This document shows positions 52,781 to 62,964 of a stretch of DNA of 64,000 bases, one piece after another. Each line of letters opens with the position of its first letter. Position 1 is the first letter of the stretch. Source of the DNA: Candidatus Omnitrophota bacterium (lineage in GTDB: Bacteria > Omnitrophota > Gorgyraeia > JABMRG01); assembly GCA_041650035.1 (NCBI GenBank), contig JBAZLY010000002.1, positions 15,436 to 79,435 of the forward strand, written 5' to 3'. The notes beneath the pieces are model-generated. The model was given only the letters and a program-made list of their open reading frames with translations. It did no database searches and had not been told where the DNA came from. Both the position numbers and the translations under genes were made by a program.

Positions 52781-53734
52781 CTATCTCTTTACCCTTATAA
52801 AACCTGAACATGGGGTGATTTCCATCTCTTGGCCGCGGGTTATAGAATCAAGGAGTATGTTAAGCCCAAGGCTGTCGCTTGAGATATGGCCCGCGATAAG
52901 GATATTCAATTTGTGTTTCTTGGCCTTTTTAAAATTATCCTCGCTCATATGCATAGAAATTATGGTTTTGACATCGGCCTTTACAAGCTCGGGAAATATT
53001 TTCTTCGAACCGCCTGTGCCGCCTGTCATCTCCACAATAACCTTACCGCAGGGATTTGACAACTTTCCCAGTATAACCCTCGGCCCGGTGCCGGTCTTTA
53101 TGGCATATTTATATTCGGGCTCTTCCGAGATAAGATCAACGATATCCTGAACGGTCTTGGGCCTGTTTTTTGATATCAGCTTTTGCAAATATTCCGACAC
53201 GCAGTTATCGGCAACAGTATGGGCGCACATAAAGGGGATGCCTAAAAGTGCCGCCGCATCCACCGCGCGCATAACATTGGCGGGGTGCGTCCTCCTGCTG
53301 ACCTCTTCTATCCTTTCATCAAGAAGTTTTTTTGCTTTTTTTCTGGAGACACCTGCGTCCTCCAGCAGGTCAAGCTGTATATCCATAACCTTATGCAATG
53401 CAGACAGGGCAGGACCCTCGGGGTGATGTGAAAGCACCATATCTATGCCTTTACCTTTGCCCCTAAGCATCTCGGCAAACATTATCTCCTGGGTCTCCAT
53501 GTCAATACCGGCAAGAATATTTTTTATCTCATGGACATGCTCGCCAAAAAGTATCCTTGTATCCCCATAAGGATTGAAAAGCCTGTCCATGTCGAAATCC
53601 TCCTTACCGGCAGGGTCTAAACCGTCATATTCCTTCTTAACAGACAATAAAAAATCCTTAACACCTTTTTCGCCGCGCGGATCGTGCCTTATGCCTTCGG
53701 CAACAGCACTGTCATAGAAATCCTTTAGCTTCAA
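52781..53734 (-). CDS. Nif3-family (DUF34) dinuclear-metal-centre protein
   Basis: MVLSHHPE metal-binding motif and C-terminal GTGGS...AGHISSD matching the Nif3 pattern. Confidence 0.55.
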   Translation of the reverse strand: MKLKDFYDSAVAEGIRHDPRGEKGVKDFLLSVKKEYDGLDPAGKEDFDMDRLFNPYGDTRILFGEHVHEIKNILAGIDMETQEIMFAEMLRGKGKGIDMVLSHHPEGPALSALHKVMDIQLDLLEDAGVSRKKAKKLLDERIEEVSRRTHPANVMRAVDAAALLGIPFMCAHTVADNCVSEYLQKLISKNRPKTVQDIVDLISEEPEYKYAIKTGTGPRVILGKLSNPCGKVIVEMTGGTGGSKKIFPELVKADVKTIISMHMSEDNFKKAKKHKLNILIAGHISSDSLGLNILLDSITRGQEMEITPCSGFIRVKR

Positions 53735-53770
53735 TTTCTACCTCTCTTTTACTTCAGTTTTCCAATGGGT

Positions 53771-54328
53771 TTATTTATATTTAGTCTTTTTTCCGGCGAG
53801 ATCAAATATAAAGGTGCCAGCGGTCTCTTCAGGCAGCCAAAATGTAAGAGATGTGTACGTACTTTCAACGGCCTTGACCAGAAACCCTCCCGTGCAGGAT
53901 TTTTCCTCAATGGAATCTCTCAAATAATCGCTTGGGATGAGCCCCAGGGCCGTCACAATTATTCCCGATAATATCACTCCCCTGCCAAAACCAATCACCG
54001 CGCCGCCTAATCTTTCAAGCTGGGGTATAAGCTGCACATTCATTATCTTTAGTAATAACGCGAACCCATATTTGAATATCAGCCTGATAAGCTGGATGAT
54101 TACAATAAAGCATAAAAACTGCGAAAGCCAGACAGGCAATTCAAAATTCACGACAAGGACATTCGCCGTGCGGGCATACCATATTACCGCGCAAACAAGG
54201 CTTACCAATATGCCCAAAAAATTAAACAACTCCGCGGTGAGCCCGAGTTTGGCCCCGATATATACAGCCCTCAAGCTTATGATTAGCACTATTACATCAA
54301 GCCAATTAATATTTTTTAAGATTTCCAT
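53771..54328 (-). CDS. cvpA: CvpA-family membrane protein
   Basis: NWLDVIVLIISL N-terminus, 4 TM helices; about 185 aa. Confidence 0.75.
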   Translation of the reverse strand: MEILKNINWLDVIVLIISLRAVYIGAKLGLTAELFNFLGILVSLVCAVIWYARTANVLVVNFELPVWLSQFLCFIVIIQLIRLIFKYGFALLLKIMNVQLIPQLERLGGAVIGFGRGVILSGIIVTALGLIPSDYLRDSIEEKSCTGGFLVKAVESTYTSLTFWLPEETAGTFIFDLAGKKTKYK

Positions 54329-54437
54329 ATAGTTTTATATCAAATAATAGTCAATATATATCATACAAAAAGCCAAAAGTCAAGGGCATTAGATTTTTGG
54401 GGACTCCTGCCTTTGACAAAACCGCAATTAAGCCGTC

Positions 54438-54459
54438 AAAAAATGCTGAAGTCACAGCA
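54438..54459 (-). terminator. candidate intrinsic terminator after the GT39 gene
   Basis: Minus-strand UGCUG-loop-CAGCA hairpin followed by UUUUUU. Confidence 0.3.
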
Positions 54460-54497
54460 AATAATTTTCAATTTATATAACCAACACTCTATTTAGG

Positions 54498-56009
54498 TTA
54501 CTCTTTTATGAACTTGCTCTTATCCGCATATAATGAATATTTAGCAAAAACCTTAATTTTCGAAATTAATTTATTAACTTGAGCAGGAATTTGATCAACA
54601 TCACTATTCATAACCACATAAAAATCTATTTTTTCATCATTCGCATATTTTAATAGTTCATTCTCATCAAATCCATTAAGCATTTTATTTGCTATCCCGC
54701 CACTATAAAAATCTGCCGAATAAGGCACCTGACAAAGATAAATTAATTCAGAGCCATCCTCCTTAGCTTTATCAAACGTCTTGCATATTATTTTATGAGA
54801 TTTCTTTAGCCCTTCATTAGGCGCAATAGTGAATAAGGCAACAGTAAAAAGAAAAGGCATAAAACACACAAAGAAAATAAAGACCTTAAAACTTGTAAAC
54901 CATTTGACTTTAGCAGCAACATTTAAAGCCTGATTATATTCAATCAGATAGACTATCAACACAGCAAATGCTGGTAAACCAGGCAACACATAGGTTATCA
55001 GAATATTCCCTGCTAAAGTAAAAAATAATAAGGGTGACAGAAACCACAACAAAAAATACGAAACCCAACTATCCTTGAATAGGCAATCGATAATTTTCTT
55101 TTTTCTAACAGTATACTGAATATTAAAAATGAAAATACCGAGCCATGGCAAGGCTGCCAAAATAAAAAACAACCAAATCATACCTCGAGGAAAATCATGG
55201 ACACTGCCATACAAATCCCCGCTCCAGGCATGGTAAATAAAGCGCATGAAATGCTCACCTATAAAAAAATATCTTAAGAAACCGGGAGTTTTGATTTCAG
55301 CAGCAATATACCATGGTAAGGATATTGCCAGCATTAAAATAGTTCCCCCAATCCAGGGAAAACTGCGTATCGCCTTAGCCCACTTTTTTTGAAATGATAC
55401 CCATACAATAATAGGAAATAAAGTTAAAACAACACCAACCGGCCCCTTAGATAGCAAGCTTAAACCTATTCCTAAAAAAAATGCATATCCCCAAAGAAGC
55501 TTATGACGACTAACCTTTTCTTCTATCGCTAACAAAAATGCACTCATTGATAAGGTAATTGAAAACGATAACGCAGGATCAGTCATAACTCCACCTGACA
55601 TAATATAAAATAACCCCACCGTTAATAATACTAAGCATGACTTTAATGCAAACACATTATTTCTAAAATTCTTTGCTGATAAAAACAAAAAGATCATATT
55701 GCCTATTGCAAATAACAAAGAAGGCAATCTAGCTGCGGTCTCCGAAACACCGAATAATTTAAAGCTCAATGCCGTTGCCCATATAGAAAGCGGCGGTTTA
55801 GCCCAAAAGGGAATTCCCGGGTCAGTTTGAGGTGTAATCCAATTATTCGTTGCAAGCATCTCACGAGCAATTTCAGCATAACGAGATTCCGTTTTATCCA
55901 TTAAAGGGCATGCTCCTAGTGCAATAAAACGTAAGCAAATAATAGCAAATAACAAAAACAAAAAAAATTTCACTTCTGAAAAATTATGGCTTGCTGTCAG
56001 TTTATTCAT
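54498..56009 (-). CDS. GT-C membrane glycosyltransferase, family 39/83 (ArnT/PMT-like)
   Basis: About 12 TM segments, N-terminal RYAEIAREML...WAKPPL motif, soluble C-terminal domain. Confidence 0.7.
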   Translation of the reverse strand: MNKLTASHNFSEVKFFLFLLFAIICLRFIALGACPLMDKTESRYAEIAREMLATNNWITPQTDPGIPFWAKPPLSIWATALSFKLFGVSETAARLPSLLFAIGNMIFLFLSAKNFRNNVFALKSCLVLLTVGLFYIMSGGVMTDPALSFSITLSMSAFLLAIEEKVSRHKLLWGYAFFLGIGLSLLSKGPVGVVLTLFPIIVWVSFQKKWAKAIRSFPWIGGTILMLAISLPWYIAAEIKTPGFLRYFFIGEHFMRFIYHAWSGDLYGSVHDFPRGMIWLFFILAALPWLGIFIFNIQYTVRKKKIIDCLFKDSWVSYFLLWFLSPLLFFTLAGNILITYVLPGLPAFAVLIVYLIEYNQALNVAAKVKWFTSFKVFIFFVCFMPFLFTVALFTIAPNEGLKKSHKIICKTFDKAKEDGSELIYLCQVPYSADFYSGGIANKMLNGFDENELLKYANDEKIDFYVVMNSDVDQIPAQVNKLISKIKVFAKYSLYADKSKFIKE

Positions 56010-56116
56010 TTTTATTGAAGTTTGTCGGTATTTTTTAGTTTGAAATATCGCTTTTTATGCCTTTTAGATCTTTTGCCTTGACCCGGGGTAAAATACCTGA
56101 TTCGCTTTTGCCGGCA

Positions 56117-58222
56117 TTAGGAATTGGAGGCGTCAAGAAACAACCCGGCATACTCCTGATTCCCATAGGCGGCGATAAAGGCATCGACTACCAAAGGATC
56201 GAAACAGCTTCCCTTTTTTTCTTTAAGCCTTTCGAGAGCCTGCCGCCTGTCGATAGGTTCTCCTTCCAGATGCGTTGAGGTCATAGCGTCAAAGGCATTG
56301 CAAACAGCTATAACGCGCGATGCCATAGGTATGGCGTTACCCTTCAATCCGTCAGGGTAACCCGTGCCGTCAAAATTCTCATGATGATACCGGATAACAT
56401 CAAAACTGTCTCCGATCTCCTTGATAGGCTTTAATATATTCTGGCCTATAATAACATGCTCCTTGAAATGTTCCTTTTCCTCTTCGGTTAAAACAGAATG
56501 TTTTTTTAGTATCCTGTCCGGTATGCCTATTTTGCCTACATCATGCAAAAGCGAGGCCACATGAAGCGTCTCATAAAAAGAATCGCTAAAATTGACGTAA
56601 GGAAGCAGCCTTTCGAGTTCTTTAGCCGTTGCCATCGCGTAATCGCTCAATCTCTGGGTATGGGCATAAGTATATCCGTCCTTTGAATCAATGGCAAAAC
56701 TGAATGCCGATGCCGCGTCTAAAAACAATGCGTGCTCTTCCTTATACAACGCGTCTAATTTGCGTATCCTCTCTTTGAGTTCTTCATACATCCGTGCGTT
56801 CTCAAAAGCAATGGCGGCATTATTGGCCAAGGTGGATAAAAGCGAAAAATCATCGCTCGTGTAGATATTTCCAGATAGTTTCGCTCCAAGCACTATGAAA
56901 CCGATAATCTGGCCCCTTAAAAAACTCGGGACACATAAGGCAGCGCCTGATCTTTCCATAGCCATCCTTATGTGGTCGAGGGTCTTTTTAAGGACGGGCC
57001 TCTGCGGAAAGATCTTGTCACCCTGTATCCAGCTTAAAACACTCTCATAACTTATAGGCTCTTTTTTTTCAACGAGCCATTTAACCAGCGGATTATCCGC
57101 GTCTATCTTATCCAGGGTATCCTGCCCTTTAAAACCCCTGCGCACCTCTCGGATATAGGCATTTGCCGTTTTATTGTAAATATATGCTGAACTTCCGGTG
57201 ATCCTTATCTCTTTTGATATAAATCTTACCATCAGGTTCAGAAGTTTTCTTGTATCGGTTATTAGTGTCATACCTTTGGCAACTTTTTTTAAAACCAGCA
57301 TATAATCATATCCGCGTTGATACAAGAACGCGTCGGTAAATCTGGCAAGAAATTCCTCCAGTGTCCTTATAAAAACGGTAAGGATAAAAACCGCGGCTAT
57401 GGGCAGTATCCATCTGTTCATATTAAAAGTAACGGATAGGTGCCGCTGAAGGATAAAGACAAACGCCACGAAGCTTCCAACGCTTGCCCCGTAAAGTGTT
57501 GAGAATATCAGCGTCCGCCTCTTTATGACCTCAACACCCATAAGACGTACCACGTATGTGGCAATAGCTACAAAAAGATTAGCGAGGGCAACAAAATACA
57601 GGGCCATCGGACCTATAACAGGAACGGAAATACCGTAAATTGTAAAAAACATCAAGCTGCCGCCGCTTAGCCCGCATACCCCCGCTATCGTAACATATTT
57701 CATCTGGCGTTTGCCTATATCGCTAAGCTTGCCAAACGATTTATGCATAAGATAATGCGCGTAAATAGGCAAAGCGGCAAAAAACAGCATAAAAACCGGG
57801 TGAAGTATGCCGGGGTCGTTAAAATTCAGGCCAAGTTTAAATGACACGCTCTTAACAATCAACGGCGTGAAACTTAAACATGAAAAAATCACCGCAATCG
57901 TATAACCCGCGGACAAGGCCTTTCTGCTTTTGCCAGTCAAGCCTAAAAGTTTTACGATAAAATGGAAATAAAATATAGGAACAAAAGAGACCCCGATATA
58001 AGAGACCCTGGCAAAAAATAACGCATAATCCTTATCGTTGAACAGGCAGAATAATAAAGTACATAACGAAAACTCCGCGATAGAAAGCATCAGCAGATAA
58101 TAACTTCTTACGATCTCACCTCTCCTACCGCGAAAATAAATAAGGCTTCCGAGCAAAAGAGTGATAACAAGCGTAAAGACGGAACCTGCCAAATAATGTA
58201 ATCTGTAATAACACATACTCAA
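56117..58222 (-). CDS. 7TM sensor - GAF - HD-GYP c-di-GMP phosphodiesterase (paralog 1)
   Basis: Multi-pass N-terminal domain, central GAF, C-terminal HD-GYP (HDVGKIG...HHENFDGTGYPDGL). Confidence 0.75.
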   Translation of the reverse strand: MSMCYYRLHYLAGSVFTLVITLLLGSLIYFRGRRGEIVRSYYLLMLSIAEFSLCTLLFCLFNDKDYALFFARVSYIGVSFVPIFYFHFIVKLLGLTGKSRKALSAGYTIAVIFSCLSFTPLIVKSVSFKLGLNFNDPGILHPVFMLFFAALPIYAHYLMHKSFGKLSDIGKRQMKYVTIAGVCGLSGGSLMFFTIYGISVPVIGPMALYFVALANLFVAIATYVVRLMGVEVIKRRTLIFSTLYGASVGSFVAFVFILQRHLSVTFNMNRWILPIAAVFILTVFIRTLEEFLARFTDAFLYQRGYDYMLVLKKVAKGMTLITDTRKLLNLMVRFISKEIRITGSSAYIYNKTANAYIREVRRGFKGQDTLDKIDADNPLVKWLVEKKEPISYESVLSWIQGDKIFPQRPVLKKTLDHIRMAMERSGAALCVPSFLRGQIIGFIVLGAKLSGNIYTSDDFSLLSTLANNAAIAFENARMYEELKERIRKLDALYKEEHALFLDAASAFSFAIDSKDGYTYAHTQRLSDYAMATAKELERLLPYVNFSDSFYETLHVASLLHDVGKIGIPDRILKKHSVLTEEEKEHFKEHVIIGQNILKPIKEIGDSFDVIRYHHENFDGTGYPDGLKGNAIPMASRVIAVCNAFDAMTSTHLEGEPIDRRQALERLKEKKGSCFDPLVVDAFIAAYGNQEYAGLFLDASNS

Positions 58223-58285
58223 CCTATATTTGAAGTAAACCGGCAGGACTATGGCCTGTTTAAATATCCATAATGAACCGGCTCG

Positions 58286-60355
58286 CTATTCTATCTTGCC
58301 CTGCTCAAAGGCCTTTAAAAAGGCCGCGACTACATAAGGGTCGAATTGCGCAGACGCGTTTTTTTGGATCTCATCCCTTGCCGTTAAAGGAGGAAGTCCT
58401 TTTCTATACGGTCTATCGGATGTCATAGCGTCATAGGTATCGGCTACGGAGATGATCCTCGCCATAAGCGGTATTTCATCCGATTTGAGACCTTCAGGAT
58501 AACCCTTACCGTCATATCTTTCATGATGATATCTGATGCCACCGACAAGATCCTTTAATCCCGCGATATGCGAGACGATCTCCGCACCCAGCACGGGGTG
58601 TTTCTCTATCTCTTTTCTTTCTTCAGGCGTAAGCTGCGCGGGTTTATGCAATATATCGTCAGGCACGCCTATCTTTCCTATGTCATGCAAGACCCCCGTT
58701 ATCTGCAGTCTGTGCCTGAAAAAGGCATCTTTATCTATTTCATCCATGGCACCCATAAAATCAAGTATCACCAAGCTGATATTAGTGACCCTCTGCGAAT
58801 GGCCGTGCGTATAGGGGTCTCTGGCGTCTATGGCGGCGGCGAATGCCACCGACGAATGCATGAATAGCCTGTGCTCTCTTTTGTAAAGATTTTCAAGCTC
58901 AAACGCCTTTCTGTCTATCTCAAAATATAACTGCGAATTTTTAAGCGCGATAGCCGCCTCGTTGGATAGAGCGCTGAACAGATCCATATCATCCTGCGAG
59001 AAAAAATCACCGTTTTTCTTTTCCCCGAGTATAAGCACGCCTAAAAGATCATCCCTGAAAAAACAGGGCACGCTCAATGCCGCGTGAAGGGTAGACATAG
59101 TGTCTTTTATCTGGAACAGGTCAGACTTAAGCGACCCGGGTATTCGTCTTTGGTTAAAATTATTCATCCACTTCAAGACATCATCCAAAGCGAGCGGTCT
59201 TTTTTTTTCGCTAAGCCACATTATCAGGGCATTTTCAGACCTCAAACTTATCAGGCCATCGCCGATGTCACCCCTTGAGGCCTTCAGAACATACGAAGAG
59301 GATCTGCTATCAAACAGGAATACAGCGGCATTTGCGAGCTTAAGCTTCGCGGATATTATGTGCACAATAAGGTTTAGCAGTTTTTTTGGGTCACGAATCT
59401 TCGACATGCCTTCGGCCGCGTCCTGCAAGGTCTTCTGGTATTCGTACTTCCTGCGAAAAAGGAATCTGCCGGCAACATTATATATAGTTTTTTCAACCGG
59501 ACGGATTACGAGGGTTACAAGCAGAAGTGAAAACGCGGGGACAATCCAACGATTATCGCCTATATAAGGCTTAAGGAATTGTTCACCGGCTATAATCGCG
59601 AGCATAAAAAGTCCTATCGAAAAACCGAATATACCTGCGAATATCGCCGTCTCACGTATAATAATCTCAATATCCATAAGACGATGACGTATTATAGCAT
59701 AGGCAATAATCATAAGCGAAATTGAAATAAAAACAAAACCAGGCGGATATATCTCAAAACCATAATTAACAGCGAAATCAATTCCTGCCAAAAAATATAG
59801 CCCAAAAGCAACTAACACATACTTGAGTTGTTTTTTTAAAAAAAGATTAGTTTCATTATAAAATTTCCCAATTGTTTTATATGAACCTCTACCAGCTAAG
59901 AAAAATAAAAAAATAATATAAAAAATATGCAGAACTCCTGCTTTCGGGTAATACCCCCATATATTTGAATAATGCCCATTAATAAAAATACGTGTCATCC
60001 ATAGAAAATAAATAAAAAACAAGCCAATAACATAAAATATTCTTATCGCTACGTATTCTTTTTTTGCTCCAATAAAAGATATAGCAAAATTAAAATATAC
60101 GATCGGTAAAAATATAATAAACGAATACCCAATTTTAATAACCAAATCAACAGGCAATAAATCAGGAAAACCAAACAATATAAACCATGAAAATTGCCAT
60201 CCAAACGTCGTTAAACTTAATAAAAAAAATAACCGATTCGTATGAAAACGAGAATTTTTTATTATCACAAAAATTCCCATTAGAAGAAACAAAATTGAGC
60301 TTAACAAAGGTGGGTATGAATATAAATTTAAATGCATATTATATATATTGGACAC
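58286..60355 (-). CDS. 7TM sensor - GAF - HD-GYP c-di-GMP phosphodiesterase (paralog 2)
   Basis: Same architecture as paralog 1; HDIGKIG...HHERYDGKGYPEGL; start overlaps thioesterase stop by 17 nt. Confidence 0.75.
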   Translation of the reverse strand: MSNIYNMHLNLYSYPPLLSSILFLLMGIFVIIKNSRFHTNRLFFLLSLTTFGWQFSWFILFGFPDLLPVDLVIKIGYSFIIFLPIVYFNFAISFIGAKKEYVAIRIFYVIGLFFIYFLWMTRIFINGHYSNIWGYYPKAGVLHIFYIIFLFFLAGRGSYKTIGKFYNETNLFLKKQLKYVLVAFGLYFLAGIDFAVNYGFEIYPPGFVFISISLMIIAYAIIRHRLMDIEIIIRETAIFAGIFGFSIGLFMLAIIAGEQFLKPYIGDNRWIVPAFSLLLVTLVIRPVEKTIYNVAGRFLFRRKYEYQKTLQDAAEGMSKIRDPKKLLNLIVHIISAKLKLANAAVFLFDSRSSSYVLKASRGDIGDGLISLRSENALIMWLSEKKRPLALDDVLKWMNNFNQRRIPGSLKSDLFQIKDTMSTLHAALSVPCFFRDDLLGVLILGEKKNGDFFSQDDMDLFSALSNEAAIALKNSQLYFEIDRKAFELENLYKREHRLFMHSSVAFAAAIDARDPYTHGHSQRVTNISLVILDFMGAMDEIDKDAFFRHRLQITGVLHDIGKIGVPDDILHKPAQLTPEERKEIEKHPVLGAEIVSHIAGLKDLVGGIRYHHERYDGKGYPEGLKSDEIPLMARIISVADTYDAMTSDRPYRKGLPPLTARDEIQKNASAQFDPYVVAAFLKAFEQGKIE

Positions 60356-60749
60356 CTCTTATAGCGATCTCGGGAGGAATGGGTATTACTGAACCATTCT
60401 GTCCAACAAAACCAATTTTTTGCCGACCTTCACCGTGTATTTCGTTGGTAACTTTATTAACAAATGTAAAAATAAGTTCAAATGTGGTAATTTTTGGATT
60501 TTTAACCTCTACCTTTATTTCAATATCATCAAACAACAAAGCCTCTTTCTTAAATTTCATACTAGCCTCTATCGTAACCATTTTGATCTTTTTATTTATA
60601 AAAAACATCGGGTCCGGCGTAACCTGCCTAAAAAATTCCTCTCTAGCAACACCTTGCCAATAAAAATAATTTGCGAAATAAACATTGCCAAATAAATTGG
60701 TATCTCGTAAATATACACGGATATTGATTGAGAAATTTTTTTTTGCCAT
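60339..60749 (-). CDS. hotdog-fold acyl-CoA/acyl-ACP thioesterase (YbgC/4HBT-like)
   Basis: 136 aa; N-terminal R.DTNLFGNVYFANY as in 4HBT thioesterases. Confidence 0.6.
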   Translation of the reverse strand: MAKKNFSINIRVYLRDTNLFGNVYFANYFYWQGVAREEFFRQVTPDPMFFINKKIKMVTIEASMKFKKEALLFDDIEIKVEVKNPKITTFELIFTFVNKVTNEIHGEGRQKIGFVGQNGSVIPIPPEIAIRGVQYI

Positions 60750-60752
60750 AGC

Positions 60753-60998
60753 CTATTCCCTTCCAAGGTTATTTTTTATGTAACAAATTAAATCATTCAC
60801 GGTCTTAATACCTTGTGTGTCTTCGGTTGAAATTTCAAAATTAAACTTCTCTTTCACAATAAAGGATAATTCCGCGAAACCAAAAGAATCAATAGCTAAG
60901 TCTTCAATTAATAGCAAATCGTTTTTTATTTTCGCGCAATCAATATCAAGCAACTCTGAAAACATACCTTTAACAGTTTCCTCTATATTAATATTCAC
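60753..60998 (-). CDS. acyl carrier protein (dedicated ACP)
   Basis: DLAIDSFGFAEL phosphopantetheine-attachment motif; GTG start after AGGAGG; the longer ORF-track version would overlap the KAS 3-prime end. Confidence 0.6.
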   Translation of the reverse strand: MNINIEETVKGMFSELLDIDCAKIKNDLLLIEDLAIDSFGFAELSFIVKEKFNFEISTEDTQGIKTVNDLICYIKNNLGRE

Positions 60999-61017
60999 AA
61001 GTCCTCCTAATTTCCTT

Positions 61018-62250
61018 TTACATCTTTGAAAAAAGCAGGCACGCGTTATTATTGCCAAATCCAAATGAATTGGAAAGGGCAATGTCCACGTTGCGTTTAA
61101 GATGCTTTTTCATGATGTGATTAAGCCTACAGTCCTCATCAGGGGTTTCAAGGTTAACCGTAGCGTGCATCTTGCCTGATATTATTGTCAAGGCGCATAC
61201 AGCTGCCTCAATCGCTCCAGCGGCGCCTAAGGTATGGCCTATCATAGACTTAGTGGAACTTACCGGTATATGTTGCGCGTCTTCCTTAAACACATTGACT
61301 ATCGCCTTGGCCTCCGCCTTATCATTCGCGATAGTGGAGGTCCCGTGGGCATTTATATAATCAACGTCTTTTGGCGTAACAGCCGATTCGTTAAGGCATA
61401 ACCTCATAGCCCTTGCCACGTCGATAGCATCAGGCCGCGGCATAACGATATGATAAGCGCCTGATGTCACGGAATAGCCTTTTATCTCGGCATATATGTC
61501 GGCCTTTCGCGCGAGCGCGTGGTCAAAGGATTCCAGTATCAGGACAGCCGCTCCTTCCCCCATCACAAAACCATCTCTATCTTTGTCAAAAGGCCTTGAT
61601 GCGGATTCCGGATTATCATTTCGCCTGCTCATTACACTTAATTTATCAAAACCCAAGAAATTATATCTCATTATAGGCGAGTCTGTCCCACCTGCTATCA
61701 TAATTTTAGCCCTTCCCCGACGTATTGTGTCAAATGCCTGGCCGATACTATGAGTGCCTGACGAACATGCCGTGCAAATGGTTAAATTCGGGCCTTGGGC
61801 ATTATGCACAATGGCAATCTGATTCGCGACGGAATTTGGCATTATTTTGGGGATAGAGACAGGATTGACCGCAGTATTGCCACCATCTATTATATTTACA
61901 ATTTGTGTCTCCGCGAACACCATGCCTCCTAGGCCTGTGCCTACGCATACACCGGTATATTTAGGATCCGGGTTGTTTAAACGGCTGTCTTCCATGGCCA
62001 TAGAGGCGGCGGCAATGGCAAACTGCGCGAATTTATCGGAGCGCCGCGCAATTATCTTATCCATGTATTGAGTGGGGTCAAAATTATCTATTGTGGAGGC
62101 TATCTTGCAGTTATACTCACTGACATCAAAGGCGGTTATTCTCCTGATATTGGATTTTCCGGACAAGCAATTTTCCCAAAAGATATCCTTGCCTATGCCG
62201 ATTGGGGTCACTAATCCGATTCCGGTAATTACAACCCTCTTATCATTCAA
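61018..62250 (-). CDS. beta-ketoacyl-ACP synthase II family (FabF/FabB-like)
   Basis: Active-site Cys (CTACSSG), His (HGTS, GHTLGAAG) triad; 410 aa. Confidence 0.85.
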   Translation of the reverse strand: MNDKRVVITGIGLVTPIGIGKDIFWENCLSGKSNIRRITAFDVSEYNCKIASTIDNFDPTQYMDKIIARRSDKFAQFAIAAASMAMEDSRLNNPDPKYTGVCVGTGLGGMVFAETQIVNIIDGGNTAVNPVSIPKIMPNSVANQIAIVHNAQGPNLTICTACSSGTHSIGQAFDTIRRGRAKIMIAGGTDSPIMRYNFLGFDKLSVMSRRNDNPESASRPFDKDRDGFVMGEGAAVLILESFDHALARKADIYAEIKGYSVTSGAYHIVMPRPDAIDVARAMRLCLNESAVTPKDVDYINAHGTSTIANDKAEAKAIVNVFKEDAQHIPVSSTKSMIGHTLGAAGAIEAAVCALTIISGKMHATVNLETPDEDCRLNHIMKKHLKRNVDIALSNSFGFGNNNACLLFSKM

Positions 62251-62253
62251 GGC

Positions 62254-62964
62254 TTATTCCCCTTTTTGCACCATCCCATCGGCAATATGTATCACCTTAT
62301 CGCCGTATTTGAGCTGGCGGTCATCATGAGTAACAAGAAACACGGTAGCGGATCTTTCCTTGTTTATCTTTGCCAGCAGGTCAAGTATTATCCTGCCGTT
62401 ATCAGAGTCAAGGCTGGCGGTAGGCTCATCACAGAGAAGTATGGCAGGGTTGTTGATAAGACTTCTGGCAACCGCTACCCTCTGTTTCTCACCCTCCGAC
62501 AGATGGGCAGGCCTGTGACGCGTTCTCTCCTTCATCCCGACAAGCTCCAGCATGCCTTCCGCTTTTGCCAAAAGGCTTGATGAATAACCTGCTTTGGCGA
62601 CGGCGGGCAAAAACACGTTCTCCAATGCCGTGAGTTCATCCAGGAGATAATACTTCTGGAAGATAAAACCTATATTGTTCAACCTGAATTCCGCCCTTTT
62701 GACACGGTTAAGTAAAACGGTGTCATGCCCGTCCAGCGCGATCGTGCCACAGGTAGGCACATCTATAAGCCCCAAAAGGTTTAAAAGAGTAGTCTTACCG
62801 CTGCCCGATGGGCCGAATAATATCGAAAACTCGCCGCTTTTTATCTCGAGATTAACGTCCTTTAATGCCCGCACAACGGTACTACCGAGATGATAATCCT
62901 TCTTCAGATTCTTTACGCTTATTATAACCCTATTGTTTTTGGAATTAAATTTAGTCTTAACCAT
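62254..62964 (-). CDS. ABC transporter ATP-binding protein (LolD/MacB/DevA type)
   Basis: Walker A GPSGSGKTT, signature LSEGEKQR, Walker B LLCDEPT. Confidence 0.85.
   Translation of the reverse strand: MVKTKFNSKNNRVIISVKNLKKDYHLGSTVVRALKDVNLEIKSGEFSILFGPSGSGKTTLLNLLGLIDVPTCGTIALDGHDTVLLNRVKRAEFRLNNIGFIFQKYYLLDELTALENVFLPAVAKAGYSSSLLAKAEGMLELVGMKERTRHRPAHLSEGEKQRVAVARSLINNPAILLCDEPTASLDSDNGRIILDLLAKINKERSATVFLVTHDDRQLKYGDKVIHIADGMVQKGE

Noticed and set aside
54498-61082. Low-GC stretch as a genomic island
   Set aside because: The low GC coincides with TM-rich coding segments (Ile, Leu and Phe codons) of GT39, the HD-GYP N-termini and small proteins. The HD-GYP soluble domains have normal GC, so composition alone is not evidence of transfer.
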